A stretch of DNA of 64,000 nt, from the NCBI GenBank assembly GCA_965113315.1, contig OZ220369.1. One strand, given 5' to 3'. Made by a program: the position numbers and the translations under genes. The notes beneath the pieces are model-generated. The model worked only from the letters and a program-made list of their open reading frames with translations, was not told the DNA's origin and did no database searches. This DNA is from Podarcis vaucheri (taxonomy: Eukaryota). This document shows, piece after piece, positions 35,601 through 45,853 of the stretch. The number at the start of each line of letters is the position of its first letter. Positions within the stretch are counted from its first letter, which is position 1.

Positions 35601-38150
35601 AACTCATCACTGGATGCTGGGTTTCGGGGTCCAATACCATCTGGAAGGCACGAGGCTGTGGGCAAGGCTGGCCCAAGCTTTCCTCTGCTAGTGGACTTAA
35701 TCCATGGAAGTATGTACACAGAGACCCCAGCTGCTGAATCTGGCCAAAGGGGGCCCATTCGACTTCCAAGGTATGACTGTATATACAGTCATGCCTTGGG
35801 TTATAGATGCTTCAGGTTGTGTTTTTTGGGGTTACGGACCCACCAAAACTCGGAAGTACTGGAATGGGTTACTTCCGGGTTTCGGTGGTTGTGCATGCGC
35901 AGAAGTGTTAAATCGTGCTTTGCATATGCGCAGAAGCACCGAATCGCAACCCGGGCGTGCGCAGACGCACCACTGCGGGTTGTGAACGCTGCAGGTTGCG
36001 AATGTGTATCCCACACGGATCACGTTCATAACCCAAGCGTCCACTGTATATGTAAAGAAATGATAGAGGCATGCTAAGAATCATTCTGACTTCTCAGGTG
36101 GTGGATATCATGAGAGTCAACGTGGACAAGGTTTTGGAAAGGGATGAGAAGCTGTCCGTGCTGGATGACCGCGTGGATGCCCTGCAAGCCGGAGCTGCCC
36201 AGTTTGAGACAAATGCTGCCAAGCTGAAGAGGAAGTACTGGTGGAAGAATTGCAAGGTAACTCTGACTGGGCGGCAGCAGCCTTCGCCAGCCTGGGCCCT
36301 CCAGGGGGTTTGCAATACAGCTGAGGTCCAGAACATCTGGAGGGAATTAGGTTGGCAGAAGATACGGGGTTCCCCCTGAGTCCCTGGACAGCTGCAAAGG
36401 ATGACTGAGGGAAACTGAAGACCTGTAGAGGGTCAGGAAAGGGACACCAGTGGGAAGTTTATTTTCTCCGGTTCCAGAGGGTAGGGCCAACCCCAATGGC
36501 TTCAGTTAAAAGAAAGGGGATTCCAACTAAACATCTGGAAGAACTTTCTGACAGTAAGAGCTGTTTGACAGTGGAACGGACTCCCTTGGAATGCGGTGGG
36601 CTCTCCTTTAAGTAGAGGGCAGATGGCCACTTGTCATGGAGCCTTCAGTTGAGATTCCTGCTGCAGGGTTTACCCTTGGGGTCCCTTCCAACTCTACAAT
36701 TCTATGATTATGTGTTTTACTCCCTGTTAACTAATGCACACAATTTCCCAGTTCCTGAATGTTTGTTTGTTTGTTTGTTTGTTTGTTTGTTTGTTTGTTT
36801 TGGTAAAAATATATACTGCTATATTATATTGACCGGAATCCTTGTATTAGTAGGCTGCTACTTCTCAAAGAAATTCACAGTTCCCAAATGATGTTAAATG
36901 CCAGTATCTGTTGAGTGATTGCAATTAGACAAAACTAGGATACTAGATTAAACTTGGAAATTATGGTGGTGGCTCGCAGATTTAATAGTTCTGCTCTGTT
37001 TCTCTCTCTTGGCAGATGTGGGCCATTCTGATTGCAGTGGTGGTCGTTCTCTTAATCATCATCATTGGTAAGCGTTTTGAGTCCTGGTTAGGCATGGAAT
37101 ATCGTCGACCAACCTTCGCCAACATGTTTCCCTGCAGTTTCTTTGGACTACAACTCCCATCAGACCTTGCAAATATGGCTGTGGCTGATGGGAGTTGTAG
37201 TCCAAAACACCTGGAGGTTAGCAAAAGCATCCATAATCAGATAGAGGCCTTGGAATTGGAGACCCCTTGCTTCTTAGCCTGGGACTCACTGATATATTGG
37301 ACCTCTCTGCTTCATTTGCCATTTGTGCCCCTGAAAAACGTTTTCAAAGAAAGAACTTGTGATTCTCCGTTGGAAGGCCACTGGTAATGCAGTCCAGTGG
37401 CTTTCTTCTGTCTGTCTCTCTCGGGATTTGCAGTAAAGGGGAGCCAGGTATTATATATTCTGTTCCGATCCCAGTGGACCCGCTGCAGACTGAGATCTCT
37501 TCTAAAAGGTGTGTAGAAGCCCTACAAGATAGTATTTCCCCAGGTACATTGATCTAGTAGTAACGCTGCTCAAATTGGAAGATCTTTTAGCTCTTCTCAG
37601 TCGCTAGGCTAAGGAGCAAGGAGGGGCTCCCAGATATTGCTGGACTCTCATCACCCTCAGCCAGCATGGCCAATGGTCAAGGATGATTGAAGCAGCAGTT
37701 CAGCAGCCTCCAGAGGGCTACCTCTGTTTTCAGGAAAAAGAGTTCCCTGGCACTGTGGAATAGCTGCCACAAATGCCTCTGTGCCCTGATTCATGTACAA
37801 ATTGACTCAAGACTGTGCAGATAACTTTCTGGTTTGATGGCTGTTGGCTTCATGCAGTTGGAGTCCCAACAACATACGGTTTGGGAGGGTAAAACTGCCG
37901 CCCCAATTCCTTTTGTTGAGTTTGTTCTTAATGGGAAGTGAACGGCAAGTGCTTTGCATTTTGTGGTTGCCAATTTTGCTAGTTGCCCAGTGTCAGATGA
38001 TGACCACTTTTTATAAAGGGAACACTCTTCAAATATAAATAGTTTTTAAGGTATCCTTTGATTTGAAGCATAAAATCATGTTTCTTCTCCTGACCCCTTG
38101 TGATTATTTTTTTATAATATATATATATAGTTTGGAGCGTGTCCTCGTGA
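32199..38150 (+). CDS. VAMP3: Vesicle-associated membrane protein 3 (cellubrevin), complete, 5 coding exons, 103 aa
   Basis: 2+79+159+52+20 = 312 nt; [43 protein letters not shown]...[31 protein letters not shown]; VAMP3-type KNCKMWAI; synteny. Confidence 0.96.
34015..34330. mobile_element. hAT-type non-autonomous DNA transposon
   Basis: Imperfect TIRs CAGGGCCGTCTT / AAGGCAGCTCTG; 8-bp TSD cttccaga / cttccata. Confidence 0.75.
35133..35211 (+). CDS. VAMP3: VAMP3 exon 2
   Basis: ttgcag|g tca ... gat gag|gtaggt. Confidence 0.94.
35786..36046. mobile_element. Tc1/mariner (Tigger-like) MITE
   Basis: TA TSD; TIRs CAGTCATGCCTTGGGTTAT / ATAACCCAAGCGTCCACTG; CpG-rich interior. Confidence 0.8.
36098..36256 (+). 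CDS. VAMP3: VAMP3 exon 3 (R-SNARE motif)
   Basis: tctcag|gtg ... tgc aag|gtaact; 159 nt. Confidence 0.97.
36460..36710 (+). mobile_element. CR1 LINE 3' fragment
   Basis: gaagaactttctgacagtaagagctgtt...cccttccaactctacaattctatgatt. Confidence 0.8.
36761..36800. repeat. (GTTT)10 microsatellite
   Basis: Seen directly. Confidence 0.95.
37016..37067 (+). CDS. VAMP3: VAMP3 exon 4 (transmembrane helix)
   Basis: tggcag|atg ... att g|gtaagc; 52 nt. Confidence 0.96.
37105..37220. mobile_element. Hairpin MITE with a perfect 22-bp inverted repeat
   Basis: TTTGGACTACAACTCCCATCAG (37142-37163) / CTGATGGGAGTTGTAGTCCAAA (37185-37206); degenerate relatives near 19715, 37620, 46500, 46800. Confidence 0.75.
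38131..38150 (+). CDS. VAMP3: VAMP3 exon 5 coding part (VWSVSS*)
   Basis: atatag|tt tgg agc gtg tcc tcg tga. Confidence 0.9.
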
Positions 38151-39792
38151 GCCTTTTGAGGAAACCCTGGAACTTGAAGCAGTTTTCAACAAGAACATCA
38201 GTCTCCTCCATATCAAGCTTTCCTACGGGTGCACAAATCAAACGTTTATTTTGGATAGAAATGTTAACTTTGTAGCCTATAGACAAATGTGCCCTTATTC
38301 AAATGATGTGCTTCAACTTGTAAATGCTGTTGCAGTTGGCTGAGACTGCTAAGACCTGTATGAGTGAGGGTGAAACATCTTAAGGCTTGGGGGTATCATG
38401 ATCTATACTGAAGCTGTGAGTTTCTGGGTGGGTTTTCATAGATCATGGGTATTTTTTATCTGTTTCACCTCCTATACCTGGACAGGGAAGGAAACTAGCT
38501 TTCATTTGTGCTTTCTCGAGAATTTTTTTTTCTCTTGTGCCATTTTGGAATCATTGTTGCCTTAATTAGATAATATCTCCTAATTGGGTGGGGAGCAACC
38601 ATGAAACTTGCACACTCCAAGCACTTAAGTGCCAATACACCTTTTTGCAGTATTTGGGACAAAACACTGTGCCTTCTGCTCGTCTCGTCGTAAGCTGTCA
38701 TTCCTCAGTGCCTTTTGCCTGGACCCGAACAAATATTATAACAGTATTTTTGAAAACATATTTCTGGTTGAATTTAACTAACGTTTCGGCATTGGGGTTT
38801 TTTGCAAAACTAAAACCAGCAAGAAAAGCTTCCTCAGCATACCAGCAGATAATATTATCTGTTTGGGAAATGAGGGTCAAAAGCAACCTTGAAAGTACTT
38901 TTGACTTGCATCTCATGTTGCTTAGGGTGGTCCATGCAGATGTTGGCTGCCCTCCTTGAGAGATTTTGTCAGAGAGTGCTTCTGTCCTCTTCAGTGTGCC
39001 AGATACTCTGGTGTGTCACAGCTCTTCATGAGCCAAGCAGTGTGTGATTGTGTGCCTTCTGGGTGATTCATTTTCGCTTCCCACCCACCCCCTTGCACCC
39101 TTCTCACAACACCCCACCCCTTTGGGTCTTCTGTTCTCCTTGTCGCCCTCTACTTATGAGCAAAAACTGCATATATGAATGAGACCGGGTCTGTACTGTT
39201 TACCAGCATTGCCAAACATGTAGTCCTCGGTTCCTTGCCGATTCCCCGCCCCCTTTTGTACACATTTGTTGTTCAAATTGCTAGAAAACTAGAGTTTTAA
39301 AGGGGTGGTGAAGATGAATGAAGAATAGGTTGGTCTGCCTTAAAGAACTCCAAGCAAAACCAAATTGGCAGGCACTTTATAAGGAGTCTTTTTCTTGAAA
39401 CTTGTCCTGCGATAGTTGTTAACCTGCTAGTTTTAAAGTGAAGGTGGAATATACGTTGGGAGGGTAAGAATTATGGTAATGATTTCAAAAATGTTAGATT
39501 ATTCAGGTGTTATCAATCCTCTTACTGTATAAAATGTTATTAAAACATTTCTTTAAACTTCAAGCTTAACCAAACACTGGATGTGAATTTTGCCTTGTAA
39601 GACTTGCCAGTGCCTTGACTGAAATTCAGCATTGTTTTGTGTATATGTGTGTATGTCTTGGCCAGGATGCAAAGCTTCACACAACTTCCTGGCACTATTA
39701 ACAGGGCAAAGAGAAGCCTTCTTTACAACTGCTTAATAAAAATGGATTATAAGTCGCTTCTGGTATGCATTCTTTTTTGTAAAAGTAATAAA
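38151..39792 (+). other. VAMP3: VAMP3 3' UTR with polyA signals at 39735 and 39787
   Basis: Two AATAAA hexamers; several miR-124 seed matches. Confidence 0.7.
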
Positions 39793-40006
39793 GTAAAAGT
39801 GGAAGAGAAGCCGCAGAGGATTTTCCTCTACTCCATTCACTTCTGCTTTCTGCTGGTCATGATGCTGTTGGTTTCAGTTCCACTTTCGGACACAGTATGC
39901 TTTGGAGGGCAGTTGCTGTTCTTGCACTCAGGTCATTCTTGCAGGCTCACCAGTAAAGTCATTCAGTCGGCCCCAGATGCTCGACTGGGTAGACTCCCTT
40001 TGGCCT

Positions 40007-40704
40007 TGTTATAAGAATTATAAGGACTTAGATATAAAATAAATGTACAAGGCAAACATGTACATAAATATATAATCCACATGTCTGAAACAGTACAGGA
40101 AGACAGTCCTGAAATGATTTTCACTCTCCCAAATTGACCAAATGTTTCTCTACAAGGAGGGAGGAAATGGGAAAAACCTTCCCATTGTGTCTTTGCTCAC
40201 AAATCCTGCCTTAAGGGCACATTTAAGATATGAATAGGGTGAGGCTGTGACGTGGACTCTGGAATTAAGTATTTATCACCACATAAGACTGGCCAGGCTC
40301 TCCAGGTAAACCCATCAACAGGTTTCCTGCCAGACAGGATTTCTGCTGTAGACTGCCTCCTGTGATGTATTTGTGCTGTAGACCACCCCTTCAGTGATGT
40401 ATTTTTGATGTATTGGGGGGGTGGTCTTGGGCTCTAGGGTGGGCAATTTCAGAAAGTCTATATAAGGGCTGGCACACCATTGTTCAGGGTTCCTCTCCTT
40501 CCTCCTGCATGGGGGGTGGGGTGGGGGGGGTTGAGACCCTTTTGCAACAGTTTAATAAGGATCAGGCTTACTAGCGTCTTTGCTTCTCAATATTCTCTGG
40601 TTGGCCTCTTATTTTCTCATACCGATAGAGAACCTACGTAAGGACTCTGTATGGGTTCTTGGGTACCCCATAAGGGAAAGGGAGCAGTTTTTTTTCTTGT
40701 AACA
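40007..40704 (+). mobile_element. Solo LTR (ERV1- or Gypsy-like), 698 bp
   Basis: TG...CA ends with inverted termini TGTTATAAGAA / TTCTTGTAACA; 4-bp TSD GCCT on both sides; TATATAA at 40459; degenerate polyA signal AATAAG near 40554. Confidence 0.82.
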
Positions 40705-42189
40705 GCCTGGTTCAGCTGCAAGGCTCTTGAAGTTCTCAAGTGAAGAGTGCTGTGTCACTCCAGATAGTGACAGACTAACTGTCCAGGAAAAGGTTCGTCT
40801 CACATTCTGCAACTTCTTTTCCTTTGAAGGTTCCCTTCCCCCTTTTTAATACCTAACCTTGTGCCAGTAAGCCTCAGCTTCTTTTTGTTGGCCAATCCTG
40901 GCTTGGCGCATGCTCTTGTCATAAGGTTGCCATGTGCACAGAATAGCTGTGGACCCACCCAATGAGCCCTGCACCTGCCACAGACCTAAAAGTCCATCTA
41001 CCCTGGTGTCTTCTTTCCGACGTTGGTCAACCAGACGGCTCCTGGCAGCCCGCAAACAGGCTGGAGAGCAATAGTCTTGCTACCAGGACCGGCCCACCCA
41101 TGAGGCAAGGTGTAGGACCACAGGAGCAGCAGCTCTGGCCCCCAAGAAAGATATTGCACGCTGTGGCAGCAACAGTTGTGTTGTGCTCCTTGGAGGCCAG
41201 ATCTTCTGCCTCCTTGACAGCACCCCCATGCCACCTTCACAGCAGCCTGCCCGTGGATAGGAGGCACTGTCTGGTCTCCTCTCACCCCTAGAAGGGCTGG
41301 TGTGGCACCGGTCACCCTCCAGATGTTGCCCACTGCCACCCCTGACCATTAGGCAGGCTGGGAGTTGGAAATGTGGCAGCAGCTAAGGGGCCACAGCCAC
41401 TTTCTCCATTCAGGGCCTAGGCCAGCCTTCCCTTCATCCCCCCCTCCAAGATGGTGCCCTACCTGAGTTTTAGATGCAACCAAGGACAGTGGCCTGATGC
41501 AGATGGCAGCTGAGAGCTTAAAACATCTGAAGGGGGTCCATGTAGGGGCAAGGCTGGTAGAAGTGCTTCTGTGGGCTGCAGCCCCTTGACCAGATGCATG
41601 AAGGGCTGCAAACAGGATTGGCAAAGGTGTGTGCGTCAATGTTTGATGGAGGCGGGGGGCAGCAGGAAACGGGGAAGTCGGATGAAAATAAGAGGCAGGA
41701 AAAAAGACGTCGCATATTCTGTGGCAAAACACGGCACACCAGATGGGTCGATAACGCAAACATCCTGGCACTGGCAAGCCCACGACAGTAAGACACTTTC
41801 AGCGCTTGGAGAGAACTAGTTTTGTGAAGTTCGCTGAATTAGTTGAAGGCTATCTGAACCGCAACCTCAAAATAGTTCCCTGGAATGTAATTGAAGTAAG
41901 ATTTTGGAACACAGAAATAAAATCACCAAACCATCAATTTTACCACGGGGGGGGCACTTAAAATATTTAACTTGGAATTTGAACGATTCGTATTCGTAAT
42001 TGTTTTCTAATTTGGTATTGTTATAATGGGGCTATTATTGGATTGTAATCGAAAACTATTAAAAAATATTTTTAAAAAGTTTTGTCTTGTAAAAGGACGA
42101 AACTGCGAAGTGGAACCAGCTCCCTTTTTGGAAATGCTGAACTTGGGACCAGAACTTTCCAAATTTTTATTTTTGTTTTTAATCGCCTT

Positions 42190-43490
42190 TCCAGGCTCGT
42201 GAGTTTACCAGGCGGCCTTGGAGACCGATAGAGATTGGCAACGGGCAGCCAAAGCCGTCTGGGCAGAAGATCGCTAGGAACAGCCGCTTCCCTCCTGAGA
42301 GGATACACTTGTTAGGAAGACTGCGGGAAACAGCTGGGCGCGCCTCGCAAACATGTTTACGGGGAAGCGCCCGTTGCTGAGCATGCGCAGCAAAGGGCAG
42401 CCGCCTCCCTCCCCGCCCATTTGACCACCGTTCGCTCCCGAGCATGCGCGCGGGAAAGGAGTGAGTGCGCGTGTGCACACCACACGTAGAACACCCTTTT
42501 CTGCTCCCCTCGTTCCAAGAGCGAGCGGCGGTGGGCGTGACACCTTCCTCAGGCACGAGGCATGGAAGCGCGACTTCCCGCGGGCTCCTCCCTCTCTCTA
42601 CCAATAGCAACTCCGGCCCTCTTTAAGACCCCGCCCTTTCGGCCCCGCCCCTCCGCGCGCCGGTCCAATCAGGACGCTCATGCGGATGGCGCGCCCGCCT
42701 ACAGGCCTTGGGGGCGGGGCTCCTGTCACGTTGCGCGGATGTGTGTAAAGTGTGAGGGGAAAGAGCGAGCGGAGGCGAAGGTCGGTGCTGATGGCGGGTG
42801 AGTGAATGGGAGAAGTGGGGCGCCCAGAGCCGGGTTGCCCCCGCCACCACGTGCGTCCTGAGGACTAGCAACTTGGCTGGACGCGGTCGTTTTTGTGGGG
42901 AGCGGGGAGGAGTAAAGGTAAAGAGTTGCCAGTTGGTGTTTGTTTTGGGGAGGAATCACCTAAAAGACACGCACTTCAATTCAGCTCAGTCGGTAGAGCA
43001 GGGAGGGTCTATTAATATCACGGTCGTGGGTTCGAGCCCCGTCTGCATTGTAGGGGGTTGGACTAGATGACCCTGGGGTCCCTTCCAACTCCAGGACAGA
43101 TAAAAAGGCGGGGTTTCCGTAAGGATCGTAGTCAAATGTTTCTCCGTCCCAGTTAAAGCTCCCTGTGGCCGTGGCCCCCTTTTGTCTTGAGGTCTCTCTC
43201 CTTGCCTGGCTTTTGCTCTCTCTCCCCAATCGTGTGTCTGAAGATTGCGTTTACTCCCAGAGCCCCGACCCTCCAGGATAGGGAGCAGGAGAAATCTGTT
43301 TTGCCTCTGTGGTTTTTTTCCTGTGGGTTTTTTTTTTGGGGGGGGGAGCTGCTTTGCTTTCTCTAGGACGGGGTGAAACTTCGCCTGGAGTCGTTTTCTG
43401 CTGTTCTGTTGCGTTAAAAGCCTCCAAACCTCGGGAGGGGGGCGGGGCGGGGGAAAGGTGCCTTGCGGTGGTGGTGAAAAGATGCGCCCA
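42190..43490 (+). promoter_or_regulatory. PER3: PER3 CpG-island promoter with CCAAT boxes (42601, 42665), GC boxes, E'-box CACGTT (42727), E-box CACGTG (42848) and probable exon-1 donor after 42797
   Basis: CpG density and motifs read directly; cgg|gtgagt donor. Confidence 0.8.
42982..43092 (+). mobile_element. tRNA-head / CR1-tail SINE
   Basis: agctcagtcggtagagca (A box), ggttcgagcccc (B box), then gggggttggactagatgaccctggggtcccttccaactc. Confidence 0.75.
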
Positions 43491-44420
43491 TTGTTTAAAC
43501 ATTGCAATCAAAAGTACAGTATAGAACTCCTCCCAGGTCTCCACCTCTTTCTCTCCCACTAGCCCACTTCCCAGGAATGATAATAAGCATTTTTGCTGTG
43601 TTTCCTTTTACCTCTCCATGATTCTCATCCTTGTATCTGTCTCTCCACCAATCGTACTGTAGTGGTGGCTATTGAGAACAGGGTGACACAAGGATGGGGC
43701 AGGGGTGGGGCGTGATACTTTGTGTATATATAGTTTGATTTCTATCTATGTATAGTTGTTTTCCAGTTTTTTGTTGTTGTTTTACTGTGCTCTTATTTTT
43801 ATCCGTAAGCTACTTTGAGTCCCTGTCGGGAAAAGGTGGAGTGTAAATAAATAAACATAATAATATACAATAATAATTAGTATTGGGCTAAGCTATAGGG
43901 AATCATTGGGATAGGGCCCGCTTTTTAAAGGAAGATCTTTTTCCTGCTGTGGAGTAGTATGTCCATTAAATATTTTGGTATGTACGTACGCGCACACACA
44001 CTCTTTGTTCCCTTCATCTTTAACAGTTCTTTACAGGTATGGTCTTCACCTGTTGCAAGAAGACATGTGTTTCAGATTTATTCCGGGGCGGCAGGGAGAG
44101 ATTTAGACAGTTGGCTGCAAAAACATCTTTTGAAACTAAGCAATGGTCTCTGCATTATCTAATCTAGGGCACCAGAAAGTTCAGAAAGTAAAAATCTGTA
44201 GGCCTAATTTGCTTGGTCTTAGCTACCATGTCAGACTATTGTGGGAATGGAATTCCACTTCACCCATAATTTAAGATTATTCAGGAATGTGGCTCATTTG
44301 CTTTCTGTTCAGTTAGCCAGGGGCCTTGTGTAGTTGTGCAGGTAGTTATGACTAGGTTCCTCACAAAACTTTGCTTCAGCACTTGTCAGTTAAACACTAT
44401 TTCCAGTTCCTCCATTTTAA

Positions 44421-44442
44421 GACACACACGCGCGCACGCATG

Positions 44443-44471
<29 letters not shown>
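44421..44471. repeat. (CA)n microsatellite
   Basis: Seen directly. Confidence 0.9.
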
Positions 44472-44473
<2 letters not shown>

Positions 44474-44523
44474 ATGTCTAGGGCACACTGCCCTGTTTCC
44501 CCCCACTTTTGTTCATACTAGCC

Positions 44524-44844
44524 CAGGGGTCTGCAACCCGCGGCTCCGGAGCCGCATGTGGCTCTTTTACACCTTTGCCGTGGCTCTGGGGCGGATACTA
44601 GCGAGGGGAGGAGGTGCATTGTGCGCCCCAACACTCCCCACTGTGGCGGGCGCTGTACTGGCTGTGACGTCGCATGGGGGCGGTGCGTGCGTTACGATCC
44701 TGTATATATAGCATTAAGGTAAGAAACAATATATGCAGTGTTATATTTGTTTTAAATGTCGCAATGGTTTTGCGGCTCCCAGGTTTTTTTTCTTCGGAAA
44801 CAGGTCCAAGTGGCTCTTTTTGTCTTAAAGGTTGCAGACCCCTG
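44524..44844. mobile_element. hAT-Charlie-type MITE, 321 bp, young
   Basis: Perfect 15-bp TIR CAGGGGTCTGCAACC; perfect 8-bp TSD TACTAGCC. Confidence 0.93.
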
Positions 44845-45164
44845 TACTAGCCTCATTCAAATCTTCATGCCCCCAATGTTACTAGGTGCTACTCAACCCC
44901 CAACCTTCCCCTGATGAGACTTTCAGGCATGTTTAGGTGAAAACTTAAAAGCTTCTCCTCCTGCCCCTCCTCATTTAAGAGTCTCCTTTTAATAAGATGT
45001 GGAGTGCACAAGATCCCTTGCGGGAAGATCTGGTGTGAAATTTCTATGCAAGTTGTGTTACCTTGTTCAGGACTATTGCCAGAAAAGGTCTATTGTGCAG
45101 TGTTCCTCTCCCCCTCCCTGTTCAGCTTGGATTTATTATTTTCTTGCTTAGAGTTGATTGCTCG

Positions 45165-45853
45165 TCACGCGACGGTCACCTCCAGACTGGATTATTGTAA
45201 CTCGCTCTACGTGGGGCTGCCCTTGAGACTGACCCAGAAACTCCAGCGGGTGCAGAATGCCGCGGCGAGACTCCTTATGGGGTCTTCGCTGCGAGAGCAC
45301 ATTCATCCGGTATTATACCAGCTGCACTGGCTCCCGGTGGAGTACAGGATCAGGTTTAAGGTGCTGGTTTTAACCTTTAAAGCCCTATACGGCCTAGGAC
45401 CCTCGTACCTACGGGACCGCCTCTCCTGGTATGCCCCACAGAGAAACCTACGGTCTGCAAATAATAACATCCTCAAGGTCCCAGGCCTCAGAGAGGTTAG
45501 GCTGGCCTCAACTAGAGCCAGGGCCTTCTCGGCTGCAGCTCCAAACTGGTGGAATGCTCTGTCAAAAGAGACTAGGGCCCTGCGGGACCTGACATCTTTC
45601 CGCAGGGCCTGCAAGACAGAGTTGTTCCGCCAGGCCTTTGGTCAGGGCGCAGCCTGACTCCCTCCTCTGGCAACCTGCACATAATTCTGCATAATTGGTT
45701 GCCATCAATTTGATTTAATTAATTTTATAATGAAATATTTTAGATTGTGTGATTATTTGACTGATTATTTGATTGTTGTTAGCCGCCCTGAGCCCGGCTT
45801 TGGCTGGGGAGGGCGGGATATAAATAAAATTTATTATTATTATTATTATTATT
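45165..45853 (+). mobile_element. 5'-truncated L2 LINE with an open ORF2 C-terminus
   Basis: SRLDYCNSLYVGLP...LQRVQNAAARL...LHWLPVEYRIRFK L2 signature; (TAT)n tail. Confidence 0.92.

Noticed and set aside
42982-43040. tRNA gene
   Set aside because: Has A and B boxes but no acceptor stem and continues into a CR1-like tail, so it is a SINE
44010-44045. Recursive-splice-like TACAG|GTATGG site in PER3 intron 1
   Set aside because: The intron is only about 5 kb and there is no independent support; it could equally be a UTR-exon acceptor or chance
45004-45657. 217-aa ORF as a host gene
   Set aside because: It is the C-terminus of a truncated L2 ORF2 preceded by unrelated intron sequence
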